From assembly GCA_046760185.1 (NCBI GenBank), contig JBHIDP010000003.1, forward strand, positions 1 to 33,067: a stretch of DNA of 33,067 nt, read 5' to 3'. The DNA is from Anaerolineae bacterium (GTDB lineage: Bacteria; Chloroflexota; Anaerolineae; JBHIDP01). Shown piece by piece: positions 25,020 through 33,014 of this stretch (its first letter is position 1; every line of letters begins with the position of its first letter). The notes under the pieces are model-generated. The model ran no database searches, was not told where the DNA came from, and was given only the letters and a program-made list of their open reading frames with translations. A program made the position numbers and the translations under genes.

Positions 25020-26918
25020 ATGATCAGGAAAGTGGCGGTACTGGCTGTGGTCGTTATCATCCTGGCGGCCCTCGGCTACGGGGGCCAGGCCCTGGCCGTC
25101 TACAGTTGGGATCAGGTAGTCGAGTACAAGAGCCCTTACACCAAACCTCTGCCGGTGGGTAACGCCGGAGACCCCTTGACCGATCAGGTGGTCATCGTGG
25201 TGGTGGACGCCCTGCGGGTTGATGCCTTGCCAGAAATGCCCACCCTCAATGCTCTGCGAGATCAAGGGGCGGACCTGATTGCCACTACAGGCGAGCCATC
25301 CCTCTCCCTACCTGGATGGACGGTCCTCTCCAGTGGAGCCTATCAGGAGACTACCGGAGTGACCACCAATTGGTACGAGGGGACAGTGAAGGTCGAAACC
25401 ATCTTCAGCATGGCCCAGAAGCGAGGGCTGAGCACGGCTGTGGTCGGCTCATCCGGATGGGAGCAGTTGTTCGGTCCCTGGGTGGAGTACGGGGAGTATA
25501 GGGAGGCTCCCGAAGAAGGGTACAAAACGGAGGAGTCTATCTATCAGGCCGACGAGGATACCCTGGCCAAAGCTTTGCAGCTTCTAAGAAAGAAGAAGCC
25601 CGATCTTCTCCTGGTCCATTTTATCGGTCCCGACGAGATAGGGCATCTGTTTGGTGGAGGGACCCCCGAATATGCGAATGTCGTGCAACAGGTAGATGGT
25701 CACATGGCCAAGCTGGTGGCAGCTATGGACCTGAGCTCCTCCACACTGATCGTCACCGCCGACCACGGTATGACAGATGTCGGTGGTCACGGTGGTTGGG
25801 AGAAGGTCGTCAAGGAGGTGCCGCTGATCTTTGCCGGGAAGAGGATCCGGGGCGGTGCCTACCCTGTGGCCAAGCAGGCGGACATTGCTCCTACGGTGGC
25901 CTTGTTGCTGGGCACAAGTATTCCGGCCCACAATCAGGGTCAGGCTCTGTTGGGCCTCCTTGAGGCACCGGCAGAGGTAAAAGGGAGACGGGGTCTTGAT
26001 GTGGCCCTGCAACTGGTTGGCTTCTATGACGCCTATGCCGAAGTTCTGGGCGCCAAACCGTTCGCCGGCCAGGTCCTGACCGCCGATCGAGAGGCTATCG
26101 CCCGAGGAGAGGAAGGAGCCCTTTCCGATTTCGTGACGAAGATAGGTCAGAAGGCCCAGGCAGCGCGCTCAGGCAAGTTAAATTGGAGTCGGTTGGGACG
26201 GCTTCCGATCGCCTTGATCATCCTCATCCTGCCGGCGGTCTACATCTTCTTCTCCCGGCCATGGCGGGCCTGGTTCATCCCTCTGTTGGGGCTGATAGCT
26301 TATTTCATCCTCTACAATGTCATCTTCTTCGTCGTGCGCGGCCACTATTGGTCTCTCAGCGTATACAAAAGTGAGAGCCTGATCAAAGCCTTCTTCAACG
26401 AGCGCCTGCTGGATTCAGCTATGGTCATGCTGCTCGTGGGGCTTCTTGTTGGGGTGCTCACCTGGCGAAAGAGCAAATACGAGGTGGCCAAATCTGTCGT
26501 CCATACCTCTTTGCTGGTGGTCTACGCCCTTCTGCTTCAGGTGGTTCTCTACTATTGGCTATACAACATTTCCTTCTCCTGGTATCTCCCCGATCTGCAC
26601 TGGGGATTCAAGTACTATCTCGATCTGCTGCAAATGGTGCCAACGGGCTTCCTGGCCATAGTGCTGCCTCTGCTGGTGCTGGGCGGGCAGTGGGGCACAA
26701 GAAGGGTGCTGAGAAGGGAACCCGTTCCGGTAGAGATGGAAGCGCCTGAACCGAGGGTGACTCCTCCCGAGACCGCCCGCCCGGAGCCCACCGTCCCCGA
26801 GGCTGCACCGCCAGAGGCCGGCATACCGGAGGAACCTTCTCCACCTGAAACGGCATCTCCCCCCGAGGTTACTCCACCCCAGCCACCAACTTCGGAGGAT
26901 ACATCGCAGACAAGTTAG
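25020..26918 (+). CDS. Alkaline phosphatase superfamily membrane protein resembling GPI ethanolamine-phosphate transferases
   Basis: N-terminal TM, VVDALR, HFIGPDEIGH, ADHGMTDVGGHGG and QADIAPTVALLLG..IP..N.G, then about five C-terminal TMs and a Pro/Glu-rich tail. Confidence 0.8.
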   Translation: MIRKVAVLAVVVIILAALGYGGQALAVYSWDQVVEYKSPYTKPLPVGNAGDPLTDQVVIVVVDALRVDALPEMPTLNALRDQGADLIATTGEPSLSLPGWTVLSSGAYQETTGVTTNWYEGTVKVETIFSMAQKRGLSTAVVGSSGWEQLFGPWVEYGEYREAPEEGYKTEESIYQADEDTLAKALQLLRKKKPDLLLVHFIGPDEIGHLFGGGTPEYANVVQQVDGHMAKLVAAMDLSSSTLIVTADHGMTDVGGHGGWEKVVKEVPLIFAGKRIRGGAYPVAKQADIAPTVALLLGTSIPAHNQGQALLGLLEAPAEVKGRRGLDVALQLVGFYDAYAEVLGAKPFAGQVLTADREAIARGEEGALSDFVTKIGQKAQAARSGKLNWSRLGRLPIALIILILPAVYIFFSRPWRAWFIPLLGLIAYFILYNVIFFVVRGHYWSLSVYKSESLIKAFFNERLLDSAMVMLLVGLLVGVLTWRKSKYEVAKSVVHTSLLVVYALLLQVVLYYWLYNISFSWYLPDLHWGFKYYLDLLQMVPTGFLAIVLPLLVLGGQWGTRRVLRREPVPVEMEAPEPRVTPPETARPEPTVPEAAPPEAGIPEEPSPPETASPPEVTPPQPPTSEDTSQTS

Positions 26919-26939
26919 GACGGGGCGGGGTCTTCCCCC

Positions 26940-27707
26940 CTATCCGAACCGGCCGGTCACGTAATCTTCCGTCCGTTTGTCGCTGGGGCGGGTGAAGATC
27001 TGCTCGGCCGGCCCGTGCTCGATGAGGTCCCCCATCAGGAAAAAGGCAGCCTGATCGGCGACACGGCTGGCCTGTTGCACATTGTGAGGCACGATAACGA
27101 TAGTGTAGTTCTGTTTCAGCTCCTGCAGCGAATCCTCCACTTTCAGGGTAGAGATCGGATCGAGGCCCGAGCAGGGCTCATCGAGAAGGATGACCTCCGG
27201 TTCTAGAGCCAGCACCCGGGCGATACAGAGGCGTTGCTGTTGACCTCCCGATAAGGCCCTGGCTGGCTGATGCAGTCGGTCTTTGACCTCATCCCAAAGA
27301 GCAGCCTGGCGCAGGGTCCTCTCCACTATCTCATCCAGTTGCCCCTTATCATTCATCCCCCCCAAACGTGGTCCATAGGTGATGTTCTCCCAGATGGTGC
27401 CCGGCAGGGCGATAGGCAGGGCAAAGACCATACCGACCCGCCGCCTCAGCTCCACCACGTCAACGCCCTCGGCGTAGATGTCCTGACCCTCCAGCAGGAC
27501 CCGCCCATCAACGTGGATCCCCTCGATCAAGTCATTGAGGCGGTTGAGGGTGCGCAGGAAGGTAGACTTGCCGCTCTTCGCCGGCCCGAAGACAGCCAGG
27601 ATTTCGTTAGCCCTGATCTCCAAGGTGATGTCGTTGAGGGCCCGAACTTTGTTATAGTAGATACTCAAATCGTCAATGGTGAACTTGGCTTCCTGGTTCG
27701 AGACCAT
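26940..27707 (-). CDS. pstB: Phosphate ABC transporter ATP-binding protein
   Basis: GPAKSGKST Walker [46 protein letters not shown] and the C-terminal [10 protein letters not shown]. Confidence 0.93.
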   Translation of the reverse strand: MVSNQEAKFTIDDLSIYYNKVRALNDITLEIRANEILAVFGPAKSGKSTFLRTLNRLNDLIEGIHVDGRVLLEGQDIYAEGVDVVELRRRVGMVFALPIALPGTIWENITYGPRLGGMNDKGQLDEIVERTLRQAALWDEVKDRLHQPARALSGGQQQRLCIARVLALEPEVILLDEPCSGLDPISTLKVEDSLQELKQNYTIVIVPHNVQQASRVADQAAFFLMGDLIEHGPAEQIFTRPSDKRTEDYVTGRFG

Positions 27708-27899
27708 TTCAGGTATTTCTCGTTCTCTCAGTGCACCCTACTGTCCAACAGACAGGTCACATGGATGTCACGAACACCAGCAGATATGAGTTTGGGCAGG
27801 TACTTCCTGGAGCATTCGGCCAGAATTGTCTACTAGCATGGCTTTTGTACACCGCAGTGGAAACTGCATATGAACTGCCCTACTCTTCAAGCGAGCCCG

Positions 27900-28011
27900 A
27901 AACCCCCGTCGTTAAGACGGGGGAGGTTCCTCGCTGCCCCAGGGAAGTTTCAAACGATAGGCTCTCCTTTGGTCAGCGAGCAGGTTCCCACCGGCTAAAA
28001 GCCGGGGGTTT
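27900..28011. repeat. Inverted pair of hairpins resembling IS200/IS605 ends or REPs
   Basis: AAACCCCCGTCGTTAAGACGGGGGAGGTTCCTCGCTG (27900-27936) and the reverse complement of 27974-28011, AAACCCCCGGCTTTTAGCCGGTGGGAACCTGCTCGCTG. Confidence 0.6.
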
Positions 28012-28035
28012 GTCTCCAGCTTCCAGATGAGCTAG

Positions 28036-28122
28036 TCACTCGCTCTTCCCCTCCACCACCGCCATCTCCTCCTCTGTCAGCCCGTACAGCACGTACACGA
28101 TGAGGTCAAATGGCTGATCGGA
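28036..28122 (-). pseudogene. Remnant 3' tail of a Type IIG (Eco57I-like/N6-MTase) restriction-modification gene, copy A
   Basis: Reads SDQPFDLIVYVLYGLTEEEMAVVEGKSE* with no start codon, and is a direct repeat of 29248-29331. Confidence 0.7.
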
Positions 28123-28154
28123 GCAATGTAGGTCAGAGGAGCTTCCCCGGCACC

Positions 28155-29198
28155 TCATGCCCCATCTATTCGTTCCCTAACATACCGGGCGAAGCCGATG
28201 GGCAGGTACTCGATCTCTCCAAACAGACGCCGATATCTCTCCTCAGCCTCGGTGCCGGCCCCCTCCCTGTCCACGACAGTGACTGTCGGTCTCCGACCGC
28301 GCTGGCTCCAGGAATTGTACGTAGCCCGCTTGATCATGCACTTGATCTCCACATCGGCGTCAGCCAGCGAGTAACCGATGAAGACCACCCGATCCGCACG
28401 TGTTATCTTTTCCTCAGCGTTGCGCCAGACCTGTAGAAGCAATCCATTTGCGTAGTCCTTGAGCAACGTGGGAGTGATGATCAGAGCCTGGTAGCACAAA
28501 TGGCACCGAAGGCAGACTGCAGGCTCTTCTTCAAAGATCCGCAAAGTTCCCTTTTCGGCCAGGGTCACGTCAAGCGCCTGACAGTTCGGGCAATAGAGCC
28601 AGTTTAAAGAACCGTGCAGCTTGTATAAATCACGCGACGGCTCCGCCCGGTAAGCACGAGCAGGTTCGTAATAATCATCGGGGTACCAGTGGTAAAAGAG
28701 ACGAACGTCCACACCATAGTTCACCCGCTGCGGTCCGAACTCTTGCGCCAAAGCGTTGTCCACGATGATGTCGTAGTTGAGGGAGATGATGGTATCCTCC
28801 TCGGTCAGGGAGCGCACCAGGTCGAGGGTGGCGTGTCTATCCCTCTCCAGTCTCTGCAACGTGTCTTTGAGCAGGCGCGCGATCAGGTAGATCAGATCTT
28901 CACGTAGCTCTTGCACCTTCTGGAGCGGATAGTTGGCTGACAGAGGGCGATTCTGTGTTACGCACAGGTCGAGTTGACTCAAGACATCCTCCAGTCGCGG
29001 AAGGATGGCCTGACTACTTCGAGCGTCGGATGGGAGTGGCGAGCCCAGGTAAAAGTCCGATACGAACTTGCACACGTTTCGAATTCTGGGATCGTGGGCA
29101 AAGCGCTCGAATGCCAGGGGCAAGAAGTCGTTCATAAGTGGCGCTTGGGGAGCCACTGCCTTGGTCGCACCTGCTCCCAGAATGTACACGGTAGACAT
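28155..29198 (-). CDS. SIR2-family (SIR2_2-like) protein, putative NADase defence effector
   Basis: VYILGAGA, ISLNYD, YKLHGSLNW, a CPNC...CLRC zinc-binding pair, IITPT..K and VFIGYSL..AD. RBS AAGGAGG. Confidence 0.88.
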   Translation of the reverse strand: MSTVYILGAGATKAVAPQAPLMNDFLPLAFERFAHDPRIRNVCKFVSDFYLGSPLPSDARSSQAILPRLEDVLSQLDLCVTQNRPLSANYPLQKVQELREDLIYLIARLLKDTLQRLERDRHATLDLVRSLTEEDTIISLNYDIIVDNALAQEFGPQRVNYGVDVRLFYHWYPDDYYEPARAYRAEPSRDLYKLHGSLNWLYCPNCQALDVTLAEKGTLRIFEEEPAVCLRCHLCYQALIITPTLLKDYANGLLLQVWRNAEEKITRADRVVFIGYSLADADVEIKCMIKRATYNSWSQRGRRPTVTVVDREGAGTEAEERYRRLFGEIEYLPIGFARYVRERIDGA

Positions 29199-29247
29199 GC
29201 GCGCACCTCCTTGCTTCCTTAAGGCCCGACAGCGTTTTCCTGCCCAG

Positions 29248-29498
29248 CTAGCTTCTCCCCCCCACCACCGCTATCTCCTCCTCCGTCAGCCCATAGAGCC
29301 TGTACACGATCCGGTCAATGAGCCGATCCGTGGCCTCGATGCGGGCCAGCAGAGGTTTGAGCTTGGCCATTGAGTCCTCGAACTCGCCCTTAATCTTCTC
29401 CTGCGCCTCGCGCCCCTCCACGTCCCGCCCCATCCTCTTTCGGTTCTGGCTCAGCGCCCGCTGCATCTCCGACAGGGGTACTCCCAGTAGACCCGCAC
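29248..29498 (-). pseudogene. Remnant 3' part of a Type IIG restriction-modification gene, copy B
   Basis: EMQRALSQNRKRM...EFEDSMAKLKPLLARIEATDRLIDRIVYRLYGLTEEEIAVVGGRS*. A possible upstream continuation (VRVYWEYP) lies in another frame, suggesting a frameshift. Confidence 0.75.
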
Positions 29499-29582
29499 GT
29501 GGCTAATGTGGCGGACAAAGGGGCAACCGCACCAGGACGTAGGTTCAAGGAGATGGACAAATGTGGAATCCAGCACGGTGTG

Positions 29583-30716
29583 TCATAGGGAAGTGGGGAC
29601 CTGGTCTGACTCCTCCAACGAGACAGGTGCATCCCAAATATTATCTCGCTCTCTGATCTTGCGGGTGGGGCCACCCACACGCCAGATGAGGACATACTCA
29701 TGAGCCAGAGGTATGAAGTGTTCGATACTGTATCTGCGCCCGAACGATTTGACGTTATGCTGAGCTTTGATCAGGATCGGGTAGTCAGGGTCACCAAGTC
29801 TTGAGATTAAGTCTCTGAAGATGAAGTAGTACTTTCCCCTCTTTCGCACATCCCCAAGCAGGACTGCAAGATGCCCGCCGTTGGGTTCTAATGCCCTAAG
29901 CAGTCGTTTGCAAGCGCGTGCGAGATTTTCGATAAAGTCCTCGTACTTATGAATGTTACTCAGATCTCTCGGATCTTCCGAGTACTTTACAATGTCCCAA
30001 TATGGCGGATGGAAAAAAATAAAGTCGAACCCTGGTGGTATTTGTGAAGTTAGCACATCAAATCCATCTCGCAAGTCGCGCTGTAGACACTCTACTCCCA
30101 ATTCACGGCATACGTCACCTGTGGTTCCACTGCCAGCGGCTGGATCGAGAACGCGCTTGGCACCAAAGTGTGTGACCAACTCCTTGATCAGGTACCCGGA
30201 GCAGTTACCCGGATACTTGTGGTCACCATATGGTCCTCTATCAGGGTAAGCGACAATGGAGGTTAACATAGTGGCTGGTCTGATGCGCTCCCACTCAGAC
30301 AATCCGTTTTGGACCTGCTGTTCTTCCTGGGCATCGAGCACCCGCCAGCCGCTTCGCCCCTTGCTCCAGATGTGGAGGGGCTGCACTCTCTCGACATCTG
30401 TGAAGAAGATAAGAGTTCCGTATCTTGCATCGCGATACTGTTTCCAGAAGTCGTCAGTAAAGCACAGTTGAGAGTTGTAACGAGAACGAAGCGTATTAAT
30501 AGTTTCAGGAGTGAGATCTGGGAAGAATTGTGCCTCGTCAACAGTTGCACGTCCCAGAACAGGACCGGAGGTCAGTTTCAGCAGGACGGTATCGCCCTTT
30601 TCAATCTGGCCAAAAGGTGCAAGACGTTTTTTGCTGAGCCGAACATCTGCGGTCTTCTCACCGCTCAGTAGCAGGTCGAGGTAAGGCTGACGAAAAATAG
30701 CTAGATGAACCGTCAT
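29583..30716 (-). CDS. ASCH (PUA-like) domain fused to an amino-(N6A/N4C)-DNA methyltransferase
   Basis: N-terminal HLAI..PY..LLLSGEKTADVR...GD.V (ASCH). C-terminal YPGNCSG, VLDPAAGSGTT (motif I) and FFHPPYW (motif IV). ATGA-coupled to the upstream gene. Confidence 0.8.
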   Translation of the reverse strand: MTVHLAIFRQPYLDLLLSGEKTADVRLSKKRLAPFGQIEKGDTVLLKLTSGPVLGRATVDEAQFFPDLTPETINTLRSRYNSQLCFTDDFWKQYRDARYGTLIFFTDVERVQPLHIWSKGRSGWRVLDAQEEQQVQNGLSEWERIRPATMLTSIVAYPDRGPYGDHKYPGNCSGYLIKELVTHFGAKRVLDPAAGSGTTGDVCRELGVECLQRDLRDGFDVLTSQIPPGFDFIFFHPPYWDIVKYSEDPRDLSNIHKYEDFIENLARACKRLLRALEPNGGHLAVLLGDVRKRGKYYFIFRDLISRLGDPDYPILIKAQHNVKSFGRRYSIEHFIPLAHEYVLIWRVGGPTRKIRERDNIWDAPVSLEESDQVPTSL

Positions 30717-31930
30717 TGCTCTTTCACTTCACTCGGATAATGCCGCTGCAATTCTAAAGCGGGCGTCCCTCCCGTGTATGTGTATCGGATGAGTTCTAAC
30801 TGCTTCCACTGGGCGGGCGCATAGGGTCGCCGAGGGGTAACAAAATCCTTGGGCAGAGTGCTCTGAACATATTGGACCACGTCATCGGCGTAATCATGGG
30901 CCACGAAATAGGCATCTACCAAGCTGTAGTCTCCACCCGCCCGAGTATGAGCTACCCAGTCTACATACTTGATGAGTTGGTTTATGCCCTCCTCAGTTGC
31001 TACTTTGCCCTTCTTGATCTCGACAATCTTGTAGCGGACCACCGTGGGCGAAGCCTCTTGTGAGATCCTCTTCTCGACATACCCGAAAATGTCAATTCTG
31101 TCCATAAACTGGACTGGCTTTTGGGGAGAGGCCGGGTACTGATTTGTCACATAGTCCCAATTGCCGAATATCCTAACTGCCTGTTCTTGCCTCTGTGTAA
31201 GGGCGTTGGTCAGCCATGCATGTACCAAGGCTTCGTGACCAACAGAGCCATCCCGTTTAGCATGTTTCCTAATAAGCCCATCGAGGTCAATCTGATAACG
31301 CGTGAGATCATGCTCGCGAACCCTGGTGTGAATCTGTTCGGCTCGTGAATCGAAGACCTGGTCAGGAAACGGATACCCGTTGAGAATATCTTCGTTGCGC
31401 CGGAGTAGCAAATCAAGTATGACTTGAGTCTCTTCGTCTTCCATCTGAATAAAGCTGACTCTCTCGAAGATGCGGAGAGAGCGAACGACACCCTTGACAT
31501 CGCTTGCCAACACCTCGTCCATGTCCAGACCAGTCTTGAAGAAGTAGGGGTGCGGCTCAAAGAAGATTACCCAGCGCAGATTCTCCTCTCCATTCTCTCG
31601 CCACAGGTAGTCATCGGGGTTCTGTGGTGTGGTAGCGTGGGGAAACGAGGCACCTGGATAGTTGGACAAGGCAGCTAGCTGCTGTTCTTCTACATCGAAG
31701 CCAACAACCCGACCAACACCATAAATATTACGACCGAGGAAGAAGAACACCAACGCGCCAGGACGGACCGTAACATAGTCCGCCAAGATTCTTTCTCGAG
31801 TATGGTGCCAAGAATCTTCCGAAGGACGCTCGATTAGAGTCCCATAGGCACCGTACCTGCAGTACAACTCTAGTTTTTCCCGACCCGCGCGCTGTTCTAT
31901 AGTGCCGAGGTTCATGATGTAACCAGACAT
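30713..31930 (-). CDS. Putative restriction endonuclease: EVE/PUA-like N-terminal domain plus C-terminal PD-(D/E)XK nuclease
   Basis: N-terminal VRPGALVFFF..RNIYGVGRV. C-terminal HEA...RIDIFGY...IVEIKK...QLIKYVDW (NucS/Mrr-like D-ExK plus QxxxY). ATG 31930 follows GAGGA; the ORF can extend to 31954. Confidence 0.65.
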   Translation of the reverse strand: MSGYIMNLGTIEQRAGREKLELYCRYGAYGTLIERPSEDSWHHTRERILADYVTVRPGALVFFFLGRNIYGVGRVVGFDVEEQQLAALSNYPGASFPHATTPQNPDDYLWRENGEENLRWVIFFEPHPYFFKTGLDMDEVLASDVKGVVRSLRIFERVSFIQMEDEETQVILDLLLRRNEDILNGYPFPDQVFDSRAEQIHTRVREHDLTRYQIDLDGLIRKHAKRDGSVGHEALVHAWLTNALTQRQEQAVRIFGNWDYVTNQYPASPQKPVQFMDRIDIFGYVEKRISQEASPTVVRYKIVEIKKGKVATEEGINQLIKYVDWVAHTRAGGDYSLVDAYFVAHDYADDVVQYVQSTLPKDFVTPRRPYAPAQWKQLELIRYTYTGGTPALELQRHYPSEVKEQ

Positions 31931-31958
31931 AGTGCTGCTTCCTCTTTCTGACACGAAG

Positions 31959-32831
31959 TTAGTAGTTCAAAATGACAAGTTCCGGGATGCTACCGCGTCC
32001 ATCCCCCTTACAGCTTATGGCACGTGTTGCAGAAACGACCTCTTGCCTATAATCAACATAGAGTTGTCGGATGAAGGAGGTGCAGGAATTACTAAGCATG
32101 ACAATGCAGCCTTTCCGATCGAGTTGCCGAAATACTTCCGCTAGACGGCGCTGATCATCTTTGTCAAAATCGTCCCTCGTATAACTGGTAAATGAAGCCG
32201 TCTCACTAAGCGGGTGATACGGCGGATCAAGGTAAAGAAAATCGCCCGGGCCAGCCCACTCAACACACCGTTCGAAGTCCTCTGAACGAAGTTCAACCCC
32301 CTGAAGGGCCTGACTGACTGCCCGCAGATTGTCCTCGTCACAGATCGTGGGGTTCTTGTAACTGCCGAAGGGCACATTGAATTGTCCTCGGCTGTTCACT
32401 CGGTACAGGCCATTGTAGCAGGTCCGGTTCAGGAAAATCGTGCGGGCAGCCCGCTCGACCGGACTGCGTTCGTTGAAATCTGTTTTCCTGTCCCATCCTC
32501 TGATTTCGTAGAAATAGCTCTTCTCCGTCTTGTGAACTTCATGGTGGCGGAGCTCTTCGATCAACTCATCAACCCGGTCCCGGATGATTTCGTAACATGT
32601 CATTAATTCTTGGGTCAAGTCATTGAGAATGACTCCATCAGCAATGAGACCCTCATTGCGAAGGTAGAAGAACACAGCCCCCCCACCAACGAAGGGTTCA
32701 ATGTACTTGTTGAAATGAGAGGGAAACAATGGCCCAAACTGCTCCAACAGTTGGCCTTTGCCACCCGCCCACTTTACAACAGGGGTGGCCTGGAGTCTGA
32801 GGTCTAGTTGTGCAACTTCAACACTCATCAT
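31959..32831 (-). CDS. dam: Dam/DpnM-family DNA adenine methyltransferase
   Basis: KWAGGKGQL, YIEPFVGGGAVFF, LNRTCYNGLYRVN..G.FNVPFG, YLDPPY and MLSNS. Confidence 0.93.
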   Translation of the reverse strand: MMSVEVAQLDLRLQATPVVKWAGGKGQLLEQFGPLFPSHFNKYIEPFVGGGAVFFYLRNEGLIADGVILNDLTQELMTCYEIIRDRVDELIEELRHHEVHKTEKSYFYEIRGWDRKTDFNERSPVERAARTIFLNRTCYNGLYRVNSRGQFNVPFGSYKNPTICDEDNLRAVSQALQGVELRSEDFERCVEWAGPGDFLYLDPPYHPLSETASFTSYTRDDFDKDDQRRLAEVFRQLDRKGCIVMLSNSCTSFIRQLYVDYRQEVVSATRAISCKGDGRGSIPELVILNY

Positions 32832-32886
32832 TCCAACCTTCCGGCCAAACAGAGTAGATGACCCTCTAGCAAGGCTATACGCTTAT

Positions 32887-32915
32887 ATCATAGCAGACAT
32901 CTTCAGAGAAATCAA
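32887..32915 (-). promoter_or_regulatory. sigma70 promoter with extended -10 for the methyltransferase operon
   Basis: Minus strand TTGATT-17 bp-TATGAT with TGn. Confidence 0.55.
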
Positions 32916-33014
32916 GGCCAACTCGCTGGTTGCTGAGGCTGACGCACCTCCAAGTCGTCGAAGAAGTTGCCTTTGTGGGTGGCTGCCAAGATTGCTGCAC
33001 GATGTCAGCAGTCC

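Noticed and set aside
27721-27936. Possible HEARO/omega-RNA of an IscB/TnpB system
   Set aside because: Only a terminal-type hairpin matches. There is no adjacent iscB or tnpB and no further conserved structure recognisable by eye. An Infernal/Rfam search would settle it.
27731-28030. 99-aa plus-strand ORF upstream of pstB
   Set aside because: It runs through the hairpin repeat pair, has no convincing RBS or motifs, and is opposite to all neighbouring genes.
29248-29466. 72-aa ORF as an intact small gene
   Set aside because: Better explained as a truncated R-M gene tail, since apparent similarity continues upstream of the ATG across a frameshift.
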